This document shows positions 55,190 through 64,000 of a DNA stretch of 64,000 bases, piece after piece (position 1 is the first letter of the stretch; every line of letters begins with the position of its first letter). Source of the DNA: Camelus dromedarius (Eukaryota). The DNA is taken from contig NC_087437.1 of assembly GCF_036321535.1 (NCBI RefSeq), positions 47,556,001-47,620,000 of the forward strand. Reading direction: 5' to 3'. A program made the translations under genes and the position numbers. Under the pieces are notes generated by a model. That model had not been told where the DNA came from. It saw only the letters and a program-made list of their open reading frames with translations, and ran no database searches.

Positions 55190-55410
55190 AATAATTACCA
55201 TTTCTTGAACCCTCACCATGTTCCAGGCACTACGCATTGCCTCACTTAATCCTTACAAGAGTCCCGTGAGACAGGCAGCATGAGACATAATTATCAGATG
55301 AGGAAATTGACTCAGAGAGGTTAGGAAACTTTCCTGGAATACACAGTAGTATTATGACTCACATTCAAATCCATGTTTTTTCTACCCCAGAACTTATTCT
55401 CTCCATCACT
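55190..55410 (-). mobile_element. MIR SINE
   Basis: cagatgaggaaattgactcagagaggtta. Confidence 0.65.
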
Positions 55411-56129
55411 ATGAATAATCAACATTGATTAAATAAAACAAAAATTTGCGATGAATAAATATTGGTCAAATAAAACTGCAGTATGCCACATATCTGTTAT
55501 CTGTGACACTTGGGATTGCCCCCTTTCCCAAAGCAGTGTTGTACAGACTTTGCCCTTTCTGTGTTTCACCTTTCTGTCTGGGGACCTCTGTTGGGGGTTA
55601 GGGTGGTGGGGAGGACACGCGGAGCCTACACAAAGTAAGAGGCACTCACACCTGCTACAAAGAGTTTTTTCTCACCTGCCTCCAAGGAACATCCATGGTC
55701 CACAATGATACACTGGAAGGGAGGGGGACATGTCCTTTTTCCTAAACAGTCTGAATTATGTCTTTCAACATTCCTACTTCTTGAGAGCTGGAAGCTTCAA
55801 AAGCCTGGACTATGTAACTAACTAGTAGGACTGTCAGGGCAAAAGGGGAAGAGCAAAGGGAGAGACAGACATGAGCATGCCTGGCTAGAAGGTAGGCCCC
55901 CGGATCACGTCAAGGATCAAACCTGCATATGGCTGGTTCATGTTAACTAAGCCCACGTTTCCCGTGACTGCAGAGACCTCTGCTCATCTTGGTTCTTGAT
56001 AAGAACTGGTGCTTGTGCCAAAACCCTCCTGTCTTGGTTTCCTCTTTTGGTCCTCGTGGGTATTAAAAACTATAATCAGAGAGACAAGAAGGTTGGGGAG
56101 ATTTTATTTCAATATGATCACAGGGACTC

Positions 56130-56320
56130 TGTTTGGCACCTTGCATACACTATTTCATTCAACCTTTACCCCAGCTTTGTGAGGTAGATGTGTTTACCTC
56201 TATTCCTCAAATGAGGAAAGTGAGGCTCAGTAAGGTTAAAAAAAAAAAACTTGCCAAATCACATAGCTAGTAAGTGGGCTTATAATGCACACTCTCTACT
56301 TTAAAATTCATTCTCAAAGC
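56130..56320 (-). mobile_element. MIR SINE
   Basis: aaatgaggaaagtgaggctcag...cacatagctagtaagtgg. Confidence 0.6.
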
Positions 56321-56399
56321 CACTCAAGTGAACTTTCACAATAGCTACCTAGAACAACAGGTTTTATTATTGGAAGATGTAATCGAGATCATCTAGCCC

Positions 56400-56816
56400 A
56401 TCACAATCCAAATGTGAGCCATATATGTAGTTCAAATTTTTCTAGTAGTCACATTGTAGAAAGCAAAAAAGAGATAACAAAATACTGTCATTTCAACATG
56501 TAATCAATACAAAAAAACCTCCTTTTGAGATAGTTTACAGTCTTTTTCACACTGTCTTTGAAATATGGTGTATCGTTAACATTTGCAATGTATCTCAATA
56601 AGGACCCTACACATTTTCTATGGTTTAAGTGAAATGTACCTACCAAAGTTTTAAAGCAATGCTTAAAAAAAAATATTTTACACTGCTTCAGCCATTTAAT
56701 TTAAATTCAAATTCATTTAGGTTAAATTAAATTAAAATGTCAGTTCCACCTCAATTGCATTAGCCATATCTTAATAGCCCCCATGTGGCTGGTGGCTACT
56801 GGACTGGCCAGTGCAG
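56400..56816. mobile_element. MER33/MER3-type hAT element
   Basis: aatttttctagtagtcacatt...catttcaacatgtaatcaata...catgtggctggtggctac. Confidence 0.6.
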
Positions 56817-59800
56817 ATCCAGCCCCACCTTTCCCTAGACTTACAGATAAAGACACAAAAGCCCACAGAGGGTAAGTGACCTGTTCAGGGCTGTTGCTAG
56901 TTGGTACCTGAGCTAGAACAAACCCTAGCTTCTTAACACTGAAATTTCCACCACACCAAGGTAGTGGGGCACTGCTGAACTGATGGGCTGCTGTGATTTG
57001 CTGGCATTTTGGGAGTCATCCCTCAAACTAAACACATGCTCATCCCAGCCCTCTCCCTCCCTGGACAAGTTCACCACGGTGATTCCTGCTTCCTCACCAT
57101 AATTCACTCCGTAAACTCAGTCACTGAGTGCCCCAAAGCCAGGTCCCACAGAGCCCTATTTGTAAAGCAAGCTTGAAGTATGAATAAAGATTTTTTAAAA
57201 ACCAAACAACAACATGACAAGACTCAAAGTCAGTCATCTTAACGCTATTTCTTTTCAGGGACAATTTAATATGACATGCCAAGAATTTTTAAACATACCT
57301 CCATCCTTCAACAAAAAGAATATGCTAAATTTCCCTTGTTAACATTATTTTATAGATTTAAAAATGAGATGCTAAGAAGTTGGGCAATTTACTCAAGATT
57401 GTGTAAGGATTCAGAAGCAGATTTCAGGTTGGAACACTTTCTAGAAATCCCTGCTCTGGGTCTATCTTTCTAAGACATAGCACTTCTCTTAAATTACTTG
57501 AATTTTCCAAACAAGGGATGAGGTCTGAATTTAAAGGAAAAAAGATTGATGTGTAATAGCCCAATAATTGATATTTTATCATCCAAACAAAAATCAAGAT
57601 AAAACTAATATATTTAATCCAAGATACCACGCATATTAACAATAAAGTAATGTGCAAATAATACCAAGGGCAGCAGACACAGCTGTCTGTAGAGACTCAT
57701 TTCTCACATTGATTTGTGAGGAATCCTTAGCAATATGACACTAATTAGGAGCAATGCTGTGGAGGTTTAGGCAGTCCTGAAATTGACTTATGTTCTACCA
57801 CAGGTCTTAGTTCTCATTTTTATAGACAAGAGGTAGAACCGTATATTGCTCTTAACTGATTGCAGCCATGGACTCCTAAGCCTTGAAATATATATGTAAC
57901 GACCCAGAGAGAATAATCACTCCCCAAAAAGCAGGTATGCTGACAGAAAGCTGGTGTTTTCCTGCTGAATCAGGGAACTCATACAGTGAACCTTGGAGAA
58001 AACAAGGGAATGAATAAAAGGGAGACATGAGGTGCCCCATGGAAATGCCTTGGACAAAATAAAACCAGGAAAGGAATGCAATTTTGTAGTCTTCCAGGTT
58101 TTGAAGATCAAGTTGCTCCTCTGCTGATACGTGACAAGTCAAAATCCGCCTGTTGGAAGCATCCACGAAGTGTTATTCATTTGGCCCACCTTCTGCCACA
58201 GGTTAGGCCTTCAAATACCCGAAGAGAACAATCCTGTCAACTCCCCAAAGACCTCCCCTCCTCCAGGTTAGTCATCCTCGATGCCCTCACCTCTTCTTTA
58301 CAGGACTGATTCGTGCCACGGGGCCAAGTCCTGCCCCAGGTGAGGCGCACAGAGAACACCACAGTGAACTGCCCCTCCTCACCCCCACACTTCCTGCTGC
58401 AGAGCATATTTCCTATAGGCAAAAAATGCTGCAGAGAATGTGCTGATTTGCAATGAATTAAATTCTAATTCCAGGTAAACTGCTTTGAAACAATGGTTTC
58501 CCTTTGCACACTTTTTTTGAGAACCTTCTGTGTATAGATCCTATATTACACGTTTCTCAGTCAGAGGATTCTTCAGAAATCAAAGAGGAGAAAACCAGTT
58601 TTTGCCCTTAAGAACTAGGACCTGACCTTTAAGTTTATTGCTTGTGTTTTACGGCTATAAAACTTTTCTCATGCTGGTTATTTATTTATATGTATTATCT
58701 TCCTAAGGGTAGAAATTCTGCCTCTTTTTCCCTGGAAAGTCATAAACATAGTCAAACTGAAGTAGCGAGTGTGTGTGCCTGCATGCATTCACACAAAAAT
58801 AAGCACCATCTTTGCTTCCTCCTGTTATTAGGCCATCAGTTTTCACTAACATCAGTGCCAAAAAATCATCTGTTCATTCATTTATCAATGACTGCTTGAG
58901 GGCCTGCATTACACCAGGCACTGCTCTAGGCTCTGGAAACACAATGGCAAATACAAGACACCCAAATCTCTGCCTTCGTGGAGCTTAGCAAAAGCTGTAA
59001 TTCCATTTTTGTTTGAGAAATAATGCTTTGCAAAATTCCAACCAGCTTAAGTATTATTTTAAAAAAAAAACTTCTTAAGATTAATCCTCTAGTAGAAAAA
59101 AATGTTCAAATGTAGAAATTATCAGTCATTATATTGCAGTGTCAGCCCATTAGCTCTTTTAAAATGATGTTTAAAGACATGCAGAAATGTTCCAGCAGCC
59201 AATGTATTAGAAACTGCAACTGACTTTCTCCTACTTTCCGCTCTATCCTGCTTCAATTCCTATTTAAGGGGAGGGAAGACACATTCCTCCAGGGGATTGT
59301 TTCAGAGGATCCCCTTCTTATTTGGCTCATTTCCAAGTAAACATTAGTTTCCAGATGAACTAATGGGTCTAATGGGAATTTAAATGTTTCAAAGCACTGA
59401 TTAAAGGGCACTCACCAGTTTAGGAGATTGATCAGACCACAATCTGCTCTCTGCTTCTAGGTAATAATTAACTGGAGGCCTTCCCCCAAGCAATGGACAT
59501 CCTTTGATGTCCTCCAGTAAATGATCTCCTGATTTTGGGTGGGGGGATCCTGTGCCCTCCCCTGATGGCACTTACTCAAATCTTACCAAGAGTCTCTTGC
59601 CCAAGCTCGAGGGCAGAAAGCTCATGAACTTCCTGGAGGTAACATCTGAAAAGGAGAACTGACTCAATACACTTCCCTGCAACACATACACATACATACA
59701 CACAATAACTTAAACTTCATTTTGCAGTTTTCTAAATGGTGGGATATGACCACAGATCTCCACTCTCTATCAACATCCACCTATAATTCACGAAAGGAAA

Positions 59801-59819
59801 GACAGGCCAAATCTATTGA

Positions 59820-60720
59820 GAAAAATGCATGCAATTCAATTTTTAAAAAGTAAGGCTTGAAAAGTTGCTTCACAAAACAGGAAATCCTAATTGCCCATGA
59901 AGAAGGACTAAAGCAAATTTCAGCCACAATGATATATACTATATTGGCACTGGAATAGGAAGGAAGGAAGTAAAGAAGGAAGGAAGAGAGGGAGGGAGGG
60001 AGGGAAAGAAGGAAAACAAAATCAAGGAAAAAAAGGAGAAAGAAAATACCAAATGTTGATAAAGATGCAGAACTGGAACTGCCCTACATTTCTGGTGAGG
60101 TTGTAAATCTGAATAACCACTTTGTAAAACAACTTGAGAGCATCTGGTAACGTTGAAGACATACATACCCAGTGATGTAGCAATTATATTCACGGTCATG
60201 TATCCTAGAGAAATGTATATACCTACAAACCAGAATACGTCTATGAAAATGTACATCGGAAGTAACCCATTTTTCAATAGAATGGATTAAAATATGTAAT
60301 ATATCATGCAGAAATATCACTTAACAACAAAATTAATGAATTTCAACTACACGCAACAATATGAGTGACTTAAAACACAATGTTGAGCAAAAAGAAAAAA
60401 GCGAGATACAAAAGAATATATACAATCTGATTTATACTAAGTCCTAGAACAGGCAAAAACAACACAATATTATTTAAGGATACTGCACACATGGCACACA
60501 TGTATGGCCTAACCATAAAGAAAAGCAAGAAAACAATTAACATCAAAGAAGGGTAACAGTTACCTTTTGGGAGAAGATGGGGTTGGGATCAGAAATTGAT
60601 ACATGGGTTGGGATGAAGTGCTCACAATGTTTAATTTCTTAACCTGAGTATCAGTTACATGGGTGTTGTTTCATAGTGAATATTTGTGAAGCTGTGCCAG
60701 TAAATTGGTGCATGCTTCTG
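59820..60720 (+). mobile_element. old L1M 3' fragment with internal (GGAA/GGGA)n
   Basis: ataccaaatgttg...caatgttgagcaaaaag...taatttcttaacctgag. Confidence 0.6.
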
Positions 60721-60814
60721 AATAAACGTGGGAACTTTTAAAAGTGTGGCAACTAAGCAACACCACCGATCATCCCCCTCAGCCTTCCACCTGGATCATT
60801 TATTTATTTTGATG

Positions 60815-60940
60815 TTTCTTACTGTGCAAGAGTCCAGGGTTCAGTCCCTAGTACCTTCATTTAAAAATAAATAAATAAATAAAAATCTAATTACCTCCAA
60901 CTCCCTCCTGCAAAAACAAAAACAAAAACAAAAAAAACCC
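60815..60940 (+). mobile_element. 5'-truncated Vic-1-like SINE (third copy)
   Basis: gggttcagtccctagtacc...aaataaataaataaaaatctaattacctcc plus (AAAAAC)n. Confidence 0.65.
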
Positions 60941-61859
60941 CTAAAACTTACCCAAAAATTAACATATGTGATTAAGGACAAATACTTAGGTCCCCTTGTG
61001 CTTTATTTCCACCACCTGCAAGATACTCTTCAGGCCTGCGTGAAGGAAGAGGACACACTAGGCAATGCAATCCAGCGGCAGTCCTCCTGTCCCTCTCGTG
61101 TCTGGGAGGGGCCCACAGCCTCCTCTAACCAGGAGCAAGGGGCACAGCTGGAGGCTGGCAGCAGATGGTGCGGGAGGACTCCCAGCCTAGGAATGGTCTC
61201 AGTGTGCCTGCTGTCCCACTCACTCAAGAAAAGGGGAGCTGACATCTAGAATCTTCTCTCATTCACCCCCAGCTTTCTCTCATCTCAGGTGTGTTCTGCT
61301 TGGGGTAACCTGACCTTGATGGTCAGATTCCAGAAGCACACCATCCAACATATGAACGTCCCCACAAACAGCTTACACAAAACAAAAAATACAAGTGTTC
61401 TTTCAACTCTACCCCTGCCCGCCCCCCTAAAAAAGTAATTTTGACTGTATTTCTCACATATTTTGCAACAATTAAGAAGAGAGGGTGAAAGCAATTAAGT
61501 GGAGGCAATCTGGAAAATAAGAAGGTGGGGGAGAGGCAAAAATTTCCCCTATCATAACTGAGCACTTAGCAGACTGAGCAAAAATATTATGGGAATTGAG
61601 ATGGGCAGAGATGGAGGAGGAGGCATTTCACTTGGATTTTGAAGATGAGGCACGGCAGGTGGAAGGGGGCCGGTGGACCATTACAAGGAAAAAGGAAAGA
61701 GCAAGGCCGGATTGAGAAACCTTGAGAAGCCTACTTTGCTGTCATGTAGTACAGGGGACAGAATAAAACGGCAGAAAACTAAAGTTTGAACAAAGAAGCC
61801 CTAATGATAGATAGTTATGAAAAACAGCCTAAGGCACTCAAAAAAACTCAGAAGGTCAT

Positions 61860-62720
61860 TTTTTTAAGCATATAATCCAATGGCTTTCAGTATATTTGCA
61901 GAGTTAGGCAACAATCACTACAATCAATTTTAGAGCATTTTGCATTACCCTAAAAAGCAACCCACACCCTTAACCATTACCTCCTCAATACCCCTTCCCC
62001 CTCCAGTCCTAGACAACCACTAATCTACTGTCTGACTCTATAAATTTGCCTCTTTGGGACATTTCATATAAATGGAATCATACAATTCAATATATGGTCA
62101 TCTGGAAATGGCTTCTTTCACTTAGCATAACGTTTTCAAGGTTCATCCACATTGTAGCATGTATCAGTAAGTCATTTCTCTTTATTGGTGAGTAACACTC
62201 CATTGTGTGGATAAACCACATTCTATTTATCCACTCATCAGTTGATGGACATTTGGATTGTTTCCACACTTTGGCTATTGTGAATAATGCTGCTCTGAAC
62301 TCCCCACTTGAGTACAAGTACTTGTGCAAATGCAAGTTTTCTATTGTCTTAGGTACATATACCTTTGGGTGGAATTGCTGGGCCACAAAGCTCCATGTTT
62401 AACTTTCTGAGGATATGCCAGACCATTTTCCAAAGCTATTCACTGTTTTACCTCCCATCCATGTATAAGGTTCCAATTTCTCCATATCCTCACCAACACT
62501 TGTCATTTTCTTTTTTAATTATTATTACAGCCATCCTAGTAGGTGTGAAGTGATACTTCATTGTGGTTTTGATTTGCATTTCCCTGACAGCTAATGATGC
62601 TGAGCATCTTTTCATGTGCTTATTGATTATGCTGTATCTCCTTTGGAGAAATGCTTCTTCCTTTGCCTGTTTTAGATTGGGGTGTCTTTTTACTATTAAG
62701 TTGCAATAGCTTTGTAATAG
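61860..62720 (-). mobile_element. L1MB-type 3' fragment
   Basis: Antisense L1 ORF2 C-terminus (ORF 62087-62386: AALFTIAKVWKQSKCPSTDEWINRMWFIHTMECY). Confidence 0.8.
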
Positions 62721-63589
62721 GTAGACGTGTTCATGCTTTGGACATCATCCTTATTTCATAAACGTGCAGATGACTATTTCCACATGTTTCCATCAGATAT
62801 ATCTCTCACTAGTGAAGTGATTCTCAACTTGGAGGAACTGGTCATGGAAATTCACCTGATGAGACAACTAAGTTTAATTTGGAAGATCAATCGCAAAGAA
62901 CTGCCTTTTGGGAAATGCTTTCTCCATTCAGAAGCTGGAGACTAATTATAAGAAAACACCTTAGCAGATTGAACTGAGGTATTAACATTAATTAGCCTTT
63001 CCACCCTGAGGAAGCTCAAAGAAGTTTCAGCTGACATTTGTGAACTAGCTTAACCAAACTGTACATAGACTTTAATTCCATGAAGTCTAATTTTAACGTT
63101 GCTCAGAATACACTGTAGACTAATTGAGTGATCCTCTACCCTGGTCTCTCATTATTATGACTTGTTGAGTTGTATGCGTTTATTTTCTCCTTAACGCTCA
63201 TTCCCTAACCCTTATCTGAGAGTTCTTTGATGGAACATACTTGGGGTAGGTCCCCAGTGTTTGTATTTTTAGAAAGTACCACAGGTGATTCCTATGCCAA
63301 CCAGGACTTGGAATCAGAGAAATGAGCTGAAATGGTGAAATCTGGTTCTAACCAGGTCTGCCATAACTCGCCCCTTTAATCCTGAGCAGTTCCCTGAAAT
63401 CTGCCTGATAAACAGAGGTCCCTTGGCAAAAAAAAAAAAAAAAAAAAAGAAAGAAAAAGAAAAAAGGATGGTAATGACCATAACCACTTTCCAATAGCTC
63501 ATGTGAGAGAAAAAACTGACATGCCAGATTTTATAAAAGTGCTCCAAAATGTATCATGTAAACACTGAGTTATTGTTATTATAAAATCC

Positions 63590-64000
63590 AATGGCCACCT
63601 TGTTTTACTCAACAGTTTACCAGCATCAGACTCATCTGGCCTCTCCCTTTTTGAAACACTGTCTTCTCATGGCTTCTCATGACACTCCCCTGGTTCCCTT
63701 CCCTCAGGGACCGCTCCTCATCCATGTTCTTTTCTGCTTTCACGTGCACTATTGGGGCTCTAAAGGTTGGACCACCCAGGGCTCACTCATGGTTTCCCTC
63801 ATTTTCTCTATATACACTCTCTCCCTTGGAAACCCCATCCAATTTCATGATCTATGGATTTAACATAAACATCTCTATAATCACGACCCCTAAGATTTAT
63901 GTCTCTAGCCCTTGTGTTTATCGGCAATCTAAGTGCCTACTTGACCTCTCCATTTGGAGGTCAAACCATCTCAAACTGAACATGTCTGAAAGAGAATTCC
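63590..64000 (+). mobile_element. L2 ORF2 fragment
   Basis: cttttgaaacactgtcttc...ttctctatatacactctctcc...ctacttgacctctccatttgga...catctcaaactgaacatgtc. Confidence 0.6.

Noticed and set aside
42000..64000. KCNMB3 exon 1b or another protein-coding gene
   Set aside because: No exon I could identify with confidence; the 60-140 aa ORFs lack recognisable homology and many overlap repeats

Overview
Mammalian genomic DNA, most likely camelid, judged from three copies of a tRNA-derived SINE resembling Vic-1. The + strand carries the 3' two-thirds of PIK3CA (15 intact coding exons, exons 7-21 in human numbering, about aa 382-1068, stop at 18067-18069) followed by a roughly 5.8 kb, apparently repeat-free 3'UTR. 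Convergently on the - strand lies KCNMB3 (BK channel beta-3 subunit): alternative first exons 1a and 1d, then exons 2, 3 and 4. Its last exon has two 4-nt frameshifting deletions and a nonsense codon. The first deletion removes TM2, so the gene looks inactivated. A 1.2 kb composite L1 insertion, apparently a 3' transduction, landed on the beta-3c start codon. Upstream of the beta-3a ATG is an unexplained 80-aa ORF with a perfect Kozak context and strongly coding-like codon bias. The rest is introns and intergenic DNA full of MIR, L2, L1, MaLR and DNA-transposon fossils, including a piggyBac (Looper-like) element. Comparisons with human proteins and repeat family names come from recall, not database searches, and repeat boundaries are approximate unless target-site duplications (TSDs) are given.
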